A stretch of 64,000 nucleotides of DNA from assembly GCA_965262115.1 (NCBI GenBank), contig OZ253496.1:2112001-2176000 (forward strand). Reading direction: 5' to 3'. Made by a program: the position numbers and the translations under genes. The number at the start of each line of letters is the position of its first letter. Within the stretch, counting starts at the first letter, position 1. Shown here in pieces: positions 1-8,040 of the stretch. Origin of the DNA: Nitrospinales bacterium (GTDB taxonomy: Bacteria > Nitrospinota > Nitrospinia > Nitrospinales > VA-1). The notes under the pieces were generated by a model. It was not told the DNA's origin. It did not search any database and was given only the letters and a program-made list of their open reading frames with translations.

Positions 1-2
1 TA

Positions 3-1007
3 TCCGGGGAGGAATCGGGTTCCCAGATCAAGCTCCGTGCTGAACGCCTCAACGCTTTGTCTGAGAACCTTCTGGTTTGCTCTGAGATCTGCGTAGAGGA
101 TATTCTTCAATGGGTAGATAAGGTTAAGCCCGATGTGCTGGTGCTGGATTCTGTGCAAACCTTTTACACTTCAGATTTGCAGTCCGCTCCGGGAAGCATA
201 GGCCAGGTACGGGAAGTGGCATTCAAAATTTTCCAATCCATCAAGCAACGTGGTCTGCCAACTCTTTTGATCGGTCACATCAATAAAGATGGGGCGATAG
301 CCGGTCCCAAATCTTTAGAGCATATTGTCGATACGGTGGTTTATTTCGAGGGCGATCAGGGCCATGCTTACCGGGCCTTGAGGGCAACTAAAAACCGGTT
401 TGGCCCCACTCCGGAAATTGGAGTGTTTCAAATGGCGCCGGAAGGATTGGTGCCGGTGGAAAATCCTTCTGAATGGTTTTTGTCTGAGCGACCTGAAGAT
501 TCCCCAGGTTCCGCTATTGCGGCCACCCTTGAGGGAAGCCGCACCTTGCTGGTCGAGGTTCAAGCCTTGGTCAGCACATCTTCTTCCATAGGTATGCCTA
601 GAAGAATGGCCACAGGTTTTGACCATAACCGCATGTCACTGTTGATCGCCATTATCGAAAAGCGAATGGAGTTTCACCTGCAAGGCGAAGACATTTTCGT
701 GAATCTGGCGGGAGGAATAAAAATTACCGAACCGGCTCTGGATCTGGCAGTTGTGGCCGCCATTGCGGGAAGTTTTCGTGACAAGGTCATAGATCCGCAA
801 ACTGTGTTGGTCGGGGAGGTGGGTTTGACAGGAGAGGTGCGCTCTGTCATGCGGTTGGATGCCCGCATCCTGGAAGCGAGAAGGCTCGGTTTTAAACGTT
901 GTGTCATCCCATATTCTGCGAAAAAAGCAAAGAACCTGCCGGATGAAGGTATTGAGTTGTTATTTGTGAAAAATCTTGCTGAAGTTTTTGAACACTTATT
1001 TGAATAG
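3..1007 (+). CDS. radA: DNA repair protein RadA/Sms (5' end outside window)
   Basis: Frame open from the window edge (SGEES); motifs LDSVQT, GHINKDGAIAGPKSLEH, KNRFG and Lon-like C-terminal GEVGLTGEVR. Confidence 0.96.
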   Translation, partial: SGEESGSQIKLRAERLNALSENLLVCSEICVEDILQWVDKVKPDVLVLDSVQTFYTSDLQSAPGSIGQVREVAFKIFQSIKQRGLPTLLIGHINKDGAIAGPKSLEHIVDTVVYFEGDQGHAYRALRATKNRFGPTPEIGVFQMAPEGLVPVENPSEWFLSERPEDSPGSAIAATLEGSRTLLVEVQALVSTSSSIGMPRRMATGFDHNRMSLLIAIIEKRMEFHLQGEDIFVNLAGGIKITEPALDLAVVAAIAGSFRDKVIDPQTVLVGEVGLTGEVRSVMRLDARILEARRLGFKRCVIPYSAKKAKNLPDEGIELLFVKNLAEVFEHLFE

Positions 1008-1013
1008 TCAACT

Positions 1014-1706
1014 ATGAATGTGCGCGCGATCATTCCTGCAGGAGGCCAGGGAACTCGAATGGGGGGAACAGTCCCCAAACAGTTTCAAGTGCTGAGGGGA
1101 AAACCTATCCTGCATTACACTTTGAAAACGCTAGAGGAATCGGGACTCATTGATTCGTTGGTTCTGGTGGTGCCCCAAAACGAACTGGAAAATGCCCGCA
1201 CCGACTGGCTGGAGCACCCCCCGATTGTTGAACAAGTTGTAGTGGGGGGTGAAAAAAGGCAGGACTCTGTTTTTAACGGTTATCAGTCTCTCCCCGAGGA
1301 TACGGATATTGTTCTGGTTCACGATGGGGTGCGTCCCTTTTTGTCGATGGAGATGATTCAGGAAACGATCCAGGTTGCCGAAAAATCTGGCGCGGCGATC
1401 ACGGCCATTCCTGTCAACGACACCCTCAAACAGGTAGATGGTTCCGGCAAGGTTGAGCGTACTGTGGAGCGAGAAGGATTGTGGCGCGTTCAGACTCCGC
1501 AAGCTTTTCGCTATGACCTTCTCGGCGAGGCTTTTCGCAACGCCCGGAAGGATTCCTTTTATAGTACAGACGAGGGTGCCTTGATTGAATATCTGGGGCA
1601 CGAGGTCCGAGTTGTGGACGGCTCCGAATGGAATCTCAAAATCACCCGCCCGAAAGATCTTGTGCTTGGCGAAAGCATTGCGGCGAAATTGTTCCCTGAG
1701 TTTTGA
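1014..1706 (+). CDS. ispD: 2-C-methyl-D-erythritol 4-phosphate cytidylyltransferase
   Basis: PAGGQGTRMG..PKQF, GGEKRQDSV, VHDGVRPF, VQTPQAF; follows radA as usual. Confidence 0.96.
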   Translation: MNVRAIIPAGGQGTRMGGTVPKQFQVLRGKPILHYTLKTLEESGLIDSLVLVVPQNELENARTDWLEHPPIVEQVVVGGEKRQDSVFNGYQSLPEDTDIVLVHDGVRPFLSMEMIQETIQVAEKSGAAITAIPVNDTLKQVDGSGKVERTVEREGLWRVQTPQAFRYDLLGEAFRNARKDSFYSTDEGALIEYLGHEVRVVDGSEWNLKITRPKDLVLGESIAAKLFPEF

Positions 1707-1826
1707 GAGTTTTATCGTCGCAATCCTAAAAAAGTCTGCTCCCTGAAAGCTTTCAGACCATCTAACACCTGCTCAGATAACACCAGTTCAGAAAATAAAA
1801 TTAACCTTATCCAGGGAGAAAGAAAA

Positions 1827-2264
1827 ATGTTACAACCCGGAACCGATGCGCCAGATTTTTCTGTGAAAGATCATAACGGAAACACCGTAAACCTGAAGGA
1901 TTGCAGAGGGAAAAAAGTGGTGCTTTGGTTTTACCCCAAGGCCGATACCCCCGGTTGCACTATGGAGGGCCAGGGGTTCCGCGATGATTACAAAAGTTTC
2001 GAGAAAAAAAATGTCCAGATTTTCGGGGTCAGCCTGGACAATGAAGCGGATAACAAAGCCTTTGCAGAAAAATTCTCTTTCCCCTATCCCCTGCTTTGCG
2101 ATGTGAATCGGGAAATCGCACTGGGCTATCAGGCGGTCAAAAGCGCCGAAGAGCAATACGCGGCCCGCATCACCTATGTGATCGGGGAAGATGGAAAGAT
2201 TCTCGAAAGCATCGAAAGTGTGGACACCAAGACCCACTCGCAAGGTTTATGCTCCCGGCTTTGA
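1827..2264 (+). CDS. bcp: Peroxiredoxin, BCP/PrxQ family
   Basis: FYPKADTPGCT active-site motif; GGAG RBS upstream. Confidence 0.9.
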   Translation: MLQPGTDAPDFSVKDHNGNTVNLKDCRGKKVVLWFYPKADTPGCTMEGQGFRDDYKSFEKKNVQIFGVSLDNEADNKAFAEKFSFPYPLLCDVNREIALGYQAVKSAEEQYAARITYVIGEDGKILESIESVDTKTHSQGLCSRL

Positions 2265-2277
2265 TCCTTTAGCGGGG

Positions 2278-2406
2278 GAGACCTTTGCATAACCCAATAT
2301 TCTTCGTTGCAATAGCTCCTCAGAATGACAAAATAGCCTTTTATTGTCATGCTGAGCTTGTCGAAGCATCTCGCTTTTCTGCTTTATAGACTTACGCAAA
2401 GGTCTC
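2278..2406. mobile_element. MITE copy 1 (129 bp), 15-bp TIRs, 9-bp TSD TTAGCGGGG
   Basis: GAGACCTTTGCATAA...TTACGCAAAGGTCTC; TTAGCGGGG at 2269-2277 and 2407-2415; three more copies in the window. Confidence 0.92.
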
Positions 2407-2498
2407 TTAGCGGGGGGGGGGGCATTAGCAACGACTCTTCAAGCCGAGGTGATCGCTTGTTTGCCAGCAAAAGCTATTACCCCTTGTATGTTGTTCAT

Positions 2499-2706
2499 AA
2501 GGGGAATTTGTAGTAGTTGTACCTGTGAGCCCTGTGGGAAGCCGGTTTTGTGTTTTCCACAAGCTCCCAGGATTTGATTCAGGGCACAATAGATCGTTTA
2601 CCCCTTGGGCTTTTAAGCCCGTCCCGAAGCGCAGATCGTTGTGTCCTATTTTGATTAACCCGAACAGTTGCCTGGGCCACTGAGCCCGCATCGGCAAGGC
2701 TGGGAG
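2499..2706 (+). ncRNA. Predicted bridge RNA (5' stem-loop, target-binding loop, donor-binding loop); ends approximate
   Basis: Hairpin 2522-2571; target loop 2582-2646 with guides TTTACCCCT (2597-2605) and GTCCCGAAG (2621-2629); donor loop with ACAGTTGC (2664-2671) and GCAAG (2694-2698). Confidence 0.88.
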
Positions 2707-2714
2707 ACCAAATT

Positions 2715-3665
2715 ATGAATCAGAAACCCCATTTTATTGGCATCGATATTTCTAAACTCCATCTGGATGTTGCTGACAGCATGACTCAAGAAACCTGGCA
2801 AACCGCTAACAATGAAGAAGGGATTGCTGGTTTGGTCGAGAGTTTATCCGCCTTAAATCCTCCATTGATCGTTTTGGAAGCCACAGGCGGCTTAGAGATC
2901 CCGTTGGCTTCGGCCCTGGTTGCGGGTCGACTGCCAGTAGCCGTGGTCAACCCGCGACAAGTTCGTGATTTTGCCAAAGCCACCGGGAAACTGGCAAAAA
3001 CCGATGTCATTGATTCTCTTGTGCTGGCCCATTTTGCCAAGGCCGTACGTCCTGAGGTCAGGAAAATCAAAGACGAAGAATCTCTTGAACTCTCAGCTCT
3101 GGTGACACGCCGTCGCCAGTTGATCGAGATGCTGACCAAAGAAAAAACCCGTCTAAAACAAGCTCCAAAATGGATATGTAAAGACATTAAGGAGCATATC
3201 GAATCTCTTAAAAAACGCTTGCGAAAAATCGATGGCGACCTTTCCAGAACCATCAAAAACAGTTCTGCCTGGCGTGAGCACGACCAGATTATACAAAGTG
3301 TTCCCGGTGCCGGTCCCGTTCTGGCTGTCAACCTCTTGGCCGGGGTTCCGGAACTTGGAGTTCTTAATCAGAAGCAAATCGCCGCCCTCATCGGTCTCGC
3401 TCCCCTCAATCGGGACAGCGGAAAGTTCCGGGGCCGCCGGTGTATCTGGGGCGGCCGCGCCAATGTGCGTGCCGCTTTATACATGGCCGCCGTCACTGCC
3501 ATGCAGCATAATCCCGTGATTCGTACCTTTTACACACGCCTCATCGAAAAGGGCAAACCCTTTAAAGTTGCCATTACCGCATGCATGAGAAAGTTATTAA
3601 CGATCATCAATACCATGATCAAAACAAAAACACTCTGGAATGAAAATCTCATTACCAGCACTTGA
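2715..3665 (+). CDS. IS110-family DEDD recombinase/transposase
   Basis: GIDISK, LEATG and KTDVID (DEDD tetrad); Tnp-domain catalytic Ser in RDSG; GGRANVRAALYMAA. Confidence 0.97.
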   Translation: MNQKPHFIGIDISKLHLDVADSMTQETWQTANNEEGIAGLVESLSALNPPLIVLEATGGLEIPLASALVAGRLPVAVVNPRQVRDFAKATGKLAKTDVIDSLVLAHFAKAVRPEVRKIKDEESLELSALVTRRRQLIEMLTKEKTRLKQAPKWICKDIKEHIESLKKRLRKIDGDLSRTIKNSSAWREHDQIIQSVPGAGPVLAVNLLAGVPELGVLNQKQIAALIGLAPLNRDSGKFRGRRCIWGGRANVRAALYMAAVTAMQHNPVIRTFYTRLIEKGKPFKVAITACMRKLLTIINTMIKTKTLWNENLITST

Positions 3666-3667
3666 CA
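3662..3667 (+). promoter_or_regulatory. -35 half (TTGACA) of the IS110 circle-junction promoter
   Basis: Perfect TTGACA overlapping the stop codon; after end joining it lies 17 bp from TATGTT (2487-2492); same arrangement at 33960-33965. Confidence 0.85.
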
Positions 3668-3682
3668 TTTAACACAGTTGCT

Positions 3683-3794
3683 TCGGGGCACGAGATACCC
3701 GTGCCGGGCATGAAGGCAAAGGTAAAATATCACATACCCGTGCCGGGCATGAATTTTAAGGAAGAGGACATCACAGCTATGAAAGAATATCACG
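3683..3794 (+). repeat. Nested 39-41 bp TACCC-hairpin mini-elements: right part of the IS-interrupted unit plus units 3696-3734 and 3735-3775
   Basis: TACCCGTGCCGGGCATGAA..ATCACA twice; closely paralleled by 38618-38697. Confidence 0.85.
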
Positions 3795-3906
3795 GCCACC
3801 GGCGGCTCGTCGGCCACGCCTGGTGGGTTGACGGAGCCGGGTTAGGGCGTTATGATTCTTTTTCATTAAATTTCTGGAGCAAAGAATGGGGTACAAAGAA
3901 TCTTAT

Positions 3907-5007
3907 ATGCCTGAACCCTTGGATGAGGGCCAAAAGAAGAAGAAAAAAGAAATTTTAAATACCCGGATTGCTCCGGTCGACTTTGAAAATATTAAGGATG
4001 TGGGTGATCTGGTGGAGTCGTTTCAATCGGCTTCCATTCAGGCCCGAAACCTCGGGCAATGCGCCAAAATATTTGGGGAAATGCTTCAAGATGAGGAAAA
4101 ACCCACTATTATCCTGGGGCTGGCGGGTCCCCTGATTGCGGCGGGACTGAGAAAAGTCCTGCGTGATATGGTGCATTACAATATGGTGGATGTGATCGTT
4201 TCCACCGGGGCGATTTTATATCAGGATTATTACAACGCCCTCGGCGGGGGTCATTATTATGGCAGCCCAAATGCTGATGATACCAAGCTCAGGGAACTCT
4301 TCATCAACCGGATTTATGACACCTATGTTGATGATGAATTATTTGTCGAGGACGACACCCTGGTGGGAAGGTTCGCCGATACTTTAGAACCCGGAAACTA
4401 TTCCAGCAGGGACTTCATCTCCAGACTATCAGAAACCATCGATGATGATGAATCCATTCTGGTCACGGCCCGGAAAAACAATATTCCGATTTTTTGCCCG
4501 GCCATCAACGACTCCAGCTTAGGGATAGGGTTGACAGAGCATTATCACTCGGCTCGCAAAGAGGGGCGCACTCCTATCACCATCGATTCCATTCGCGACA
4601 ATTACGAACTCACTCAGATCGTGGTGAACTCGACACGCACGGCGGCTTTTTATGTTGCGGGCGGAGTGCCTAAAAACTATGTCAACGATTCGGTGGTCAT
4701 GGCCTATATTTTTGGTAAGGATACCGGTGGTCACAAATATGCCCTGCAAGTGACCACGGACTCGCCGCATTGGGGCGGGTTGAGCGGCAGCACGTTAGCC
4801 GAGGCGCAGTCGTGGGGGAAAGTCAATAAAGAGGCGACACATAGCATGGCGTTTGTCGAGCCCAGCGTTTCGCTTCCGTTGATTTATGGTTATGCGTTTC
4901 AAAAAGGTCTTTATAAAGGGCGCCCACGAATGGACTTCAAATGGGAGGGTGATACCCTGAAAAAAATGGCCCGCCGCCAGCGTGACGCTGGACTCAATGA
5001 GCAATAA
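3907..5007 (+). CDS. Deoxyhypusine synthase-like protein (possible homospermidine synthase)
   Basis: VSTGA, FCPAINDSSLG, GGVPKN, GGLSGSTLAEAQSWGK; start may be 3886. Confidence 0.88.
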   Translation: MPEPLDEGQKKKKKEILNTRIAPVDFENIKDVGDLVESFQSASIQARNLGQCAKIFGEMLQDEEKPTIILGLAGPLIAAGLRKVLRDMVHYNMVDVIVSTGAILYQDYYNALGGGHYYGSPNADDTKLRELFINRIYDTYVDDELFVEDDTLVGRFADTLEPGNYSSRDFISRLSETIDDDESILVTARKNNIPIFCPAINDSSLGIGLTEHYHSARKEGRTPITIDSIRDNYELTQIVVNSTRTAAFYVAGGVPKNYVNDSVVMAYIFGKDTGGHKYALQVTTDSPHWGGLSGSTLAEAQSWGKVNKEATHSMAFVEPSVSLPLIYGYAFQKGLYKGRPRMDFKWEGDTLKKMARRQRDAGLNEQ

Positions 5008-5068
5008 CTTTTGCTGGCTAGCAACGAATTATCTCGGCTCAGCAAGCTATTGCTAATTGCCCCTCCGG

Positions 5069-6190
5069 CTAGGAGTTGAGATCGAGAAACACTCGGGCCT
5101 GATCGATCTGAGGAGCGGTCTCAAGTTTGGATTTGATGTTTGTCACCAAAGTGCGTGACTCTTCCAAGTTTTGCTGCGAGTCGATCTTAATAAACACCTC
5201 CAAAATATTCTTTCCCTTGATATGATGCACCCGAATTTCGGGTTGCGAAATACTTCCATCCAATTCTGAAATCAAGGGTAGGGTAATTTCGATCAGCTCT
5301 TTTCTCGTAATGGGGTAGATGGCCTCGACTTCCGTATCGGATTCGCCATCGACATGAACCAGCACATCCTGAATATTGTCAAAGGCCTTGATGAGGTTAC
5401 GTCGTGCGATTTCAGCAACTCGATGTCCTTCGGTGACCGTTATTTCAGGATCGACGAGGATATGCACATCTATGAGGAACTCTCCACCAATGACACGGCT
5501 GCGCAAATCATGAAAATGAAGAACCTCGGGAATTTTCCTCAAAATAGTTTGGGTTTTTTTGGTATTCTCATCGCTCAGGGCCGTGTCCATCAAGTCCCGC
5601 ACCCCTTGCCGGGTTATGTCGATGCCGACTTTCACAATCATGCCACCGACCACTGCTCCCGCCAGAGGGTCCATGAAAGGAAATCCTTGCCCGGCCCCGA
5701 CAATTCCAATCAGAGCGGCTATTGACGAAATGGCATCGGTTCGGTGATGCCAGGCGTTGGCGATTAAAGAAGGGCTTTGCGTCGCCTCGCCCACCCGACG
5801 GGTGTAATGATAGAGTCCTTCATTAATAAGAATAGAAAGTGTTGCGGCGAGGGCCGCCAGAATTACGGGTATTTGCCCGGAGCTTGCATCGATGGCTTGC
5901 CAGGTTTCATGGATAACGCCGATGCCAGTGGCGATGATGAACAGGCCGATGACGGTAGCCCCAATCGTCTCTGCCCGTCCATGCCCATAGGGGTGGTCTT
6001 CGTCCTGCGGCATTTTCCCGATTCGGTGGGTGAACAGGACAATGATGTCTGTCACCAGGTCGGAAAGGGAGTGGATGGCATCCGCCACCAGAGCCACGCT
6101 GTTTCCCAGAATTCCTCCGGCAAACTTAAAAGCGGAAAGCAGCAGATTGGCGATGGCACCAACAATAATGGCTCGGATTCCGGGGGTCAT
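5069..6190 (-). CDS. Cation diffusion facilitator family metal transporter (FieF-like)
   Basis: ADAIHSLSD, HPYGHGRAE, AWHHRTD motifs. Confidence 0.92.
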   Translation of the reverse strand: MTPGIRAIIVGAIANLLLSAFKFAGGILGNSVALVADAIHSLSDLVTDIIVLFTHRIGKMPQDEDHPYGHGRAETIGATVIGLFIIATGIGVIHETWQAIDASSGQIPVILAALAATLSILINEGLYHYTRRVGEATQSPSLIANAWHHRTDAISSIAALIGIVGAGQGFPFMDPLAGAVVGGMIVKVGIDITRQGVRDLMDTALSDENTKKTQTILRKIPEVLHFHDLRSRVIGGEFLIDVHILVDPEITVTEGHRVAEIARRNLIKAFDNIQDVLVHVDGESDTEVEAIYPITRKELIEITLPLISELDGSISQPEIRVHHIKGKNILEVFIKIDSQQNLEESRTLVTNIKSKLETAPQIDQARVFLDLNS

Positions 6191-6215
6191 AGTATTGACC
6201 GAGTAAGTGGAAGAT

Positions 6216-7298
6216 TTAAACTTTGCCGCTAACTAGCTTCTTTATAATTTTAACATTGGCTGCAGGAAAAGGATATGTGTCTAATGTTTCCGCTTTCACC
6301 CAGTTCCATTCTTCGCATTGAGTAGGCGAAATTCGACCTGAGCGGACTCTGCATAGGAAAACATGCAGGGTCACTCGAAAGCGGGTGTAGCTGTGCTTGA
6401 CCGTCATAAGCTTTTCATCTATATGGAGAGACACCCGCAACTCTTCTTTGATTTCACGGTTGAGGCATTGTTCGGCAGATTCACCAGATTCGAATTTTCC
6501 TCCGGGGAACTCCCATAGTCCGCCCATCAGTCCGCCGATTTTTCTTTTTTGAATATAGACTTTGTTGCGTCGCAAGATGACCGCCGCGCTGACTTCAATT
6601 TTTGTGGTTGAGGCCTTTTGTTTGCGCGGTGGGTAAAGATTTTGTTTTCCGGCTTTTTGCACTTTGCAGTTTCGCTTCAGAGGGCAGAGCAGGCAAAGAG
6701 TATTTTTGGGCAGGCAGACCGTGGCGCCCAGTTCCATGAAAGCCTGATTAAAATTCCCGGCTCCTGTTTCAGGCAGAAGGCTTTGCATGGCTTCCCATAA
6801 AACATTTTCTGATTTGCGATTGCCTCCGTTTTCCTTGAGCAGAAAAAGCCGTGACAAAACCCTTTTGACATTGCCATCGAGTACGGAAACTTTTTGGCCG
6901 AAGGCAATGCTGAGAACGGCTCCGGCCGTGTAACGACCGACCCCGGGCAGTTTCAGGATTTCATCCATCGAGTCTGGAACCTTCCCGGAATATTCCTGTT
7001 GGATTTTTTGCGCGGCCTTTTTCAAGTTGCGGGCGCGGGAATAATAGCCCAATCCCTCCCAGTGTTTTAAAACCGCAGATTCCCGGGCCTGTGTCAGTTT
7101 TTGCACGGTGGGGAACGATTTCATCCACCGCTCAAAATAAGGGATGGCGGTCTTCACCTGGGTTTGTTGCAACATGAACTCCGACACAAGAATGCGATAG
7201 GGGTTCCGGTTATTGCGCCAGGGCATCTCCTTTTTTTCTTCTTCGTACCATTTCAGTAATTGCTTTTGCAGAGTTCTGCTGGAGATGCGGGGTTTCAT
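6216..7298 (-). CDS. mutY: A/G-specific adenine glycosylase MutY with NUDIX-like C-terminal domain
   Basis: VSEFMLQQTQV, WEGLGYYSRARNL, LPGVGRYTA, 4Fe-4S Cys cluster, WEFPGGK; ATG at 7298. Confidence 0.95.
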   Translation of the reverse strand: MKPRISSRTLQKQLLKWYEEEKKEMPWRNNRNPYRILVSEFMLQQTQVKTAIPYFERWMKSFPTVQKLTQARESAVLKHWEGLGYYSRARNLKKAAQKIQQEYSGKVPDSMDEILKLPGVGRYTAGAVLSIAFGQKVSVLDGNVKRVLSRLFLLKENGGNRKSENVLWEAMQSLLPETGAGNFNQAFMELGATVCLPKNTLCLLCPLKRNCKVQKAGKQNLYPPRKQKASTTKIEVSAAVILRRNKVYIQKRKIGGLMGGLWEFPGGKFESGESAEQCLNREIKEELRVSLHIDEKLMTVKHSYTRFRVTLHVFLCRVRSGRISPTQCEEWNWVKAETLDTYPFPAANVKIIKKLVSGKV

Positions 7299-7314
7299 TA
7301 GAGGTGGCTGTCGG

Positions 7315-7953
7315 TCACACACCGATAGCGTTTTTGCTCCAGATGACCTTATGAAGCTGGGTTTGCAGGCGCACCGGTAACCGGTCTTCAAGAATCCATT
7401 CGGAGAGATCCTTCAGGTTGAGCTTGTCATAAACCGGGGAAAACAAAACCTGTACGGAGGAGGGCAGGTCGCATTTTTGCAGCAGATCACGGCTCCATTC
7501 ATAGTCGGCACGATCAAGCAGGACAAACTTGACTTCATCATACGGGGCAAGGAATTTCAGGTTTTCAAGATGGTTCTTTTTTTCCTCTCCACTTCCGGGG
7601 CATTTGATGTCGAGAATTTTAATCACTTTTTCAGGAACTTTATCAATCGGCAGCGCCCCGCCTGTTTCCAGCATGACCTTATAGCCTTTTTCCAGCAGCG
7701 CGTCTATAAGTGGATAGACGTCTTCTTGCATCAAGGGTTCTCCGCCTGTGATTTCGACTAAAGGAAGAGAGAAGCTGTCTACCTTCTCCAGAGTTTCATC
7801 TAGGGAAAGGTTTTTCCCTTCATAAAAAGCATAAGCGGTGTCGCACCAGGAACAACGCAGGTTGCACCCTGTTAAACGGACAAAGACACAGGGAAGACCT
7901 GTGTGAGACGATTCCCCCTGGATGCTGGCATAAATTTCATTAATTTTAAGCAT
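7315..7953 (-). CDS. queE: 7-carboxy-7-deazaguanine synthase (radical SAM)
   Basis: SIQGE..G.PCVFVRLTGCNLRCSWCDT, ITGGEP, QLHKVIW. Confidence 0.92.
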   Translation of the reverse strand: MLKINEIYASIQGESSHTGLPCVFVRLTGCNLRCSWCDTAYAFYEGKNLSLDETLEKVDSFSLPLVEITGGEPLMQEDVYPLIDALLEKGYKVMLETGGALPIDKVPEKVIKILDIKCPGSGEEKKNHLENLKFLAPYDEVKFVLLDRADYEWSRDLLQKCDLPSSVQVLFSPVYDKLNLKDLSEWILEDRLPVRLQTQLHKVIWSKNAIGV

Positions 7954-8040
7954 GTTTTTCTTGTATGCCCGCAACCGTTTTTGTTATATTGCCGATCACT
8001 TACCTATTCTAACATGATCAGGATAAGGTGATGAAAAAAT

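Larger units (their letters stand above)
2485..3682 (+). mobile_element. IS110-family (IS621-like) insertion sequence, copy 1, 1198 bp
   Basis: Bounded by CT cores at 2483-2484 and 3681-3682; no TIR; near-identical to 32782-33980; empty paralogous target hairpins elsewhere confirm the boundaries. Confidence 0.93.

Noticed and set aside
2412..2422. Poly-G tract as a phase-variation switch
   Set aside because: Intergenic, partly the MITE TSD, and not within an evident promoter or ORF.
2425..2697. Minus-strand ORFs over the IS left ends, and ORFs running across repeats or MITEs (3662-3958, 24505-24771, 18240-18533)
   Set aside because: Shadow ORFs over structured non-coding DNA with no recognisable motifs.
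3696..3775. TACCCGTGCCGGGCATGAA repeats as a mini CRISPR array
   Set aside because: The spacer-like parts are ~20 nt, share a conserved ATCACA end and recur elsewhere; these are dispersed nested mini-elements.
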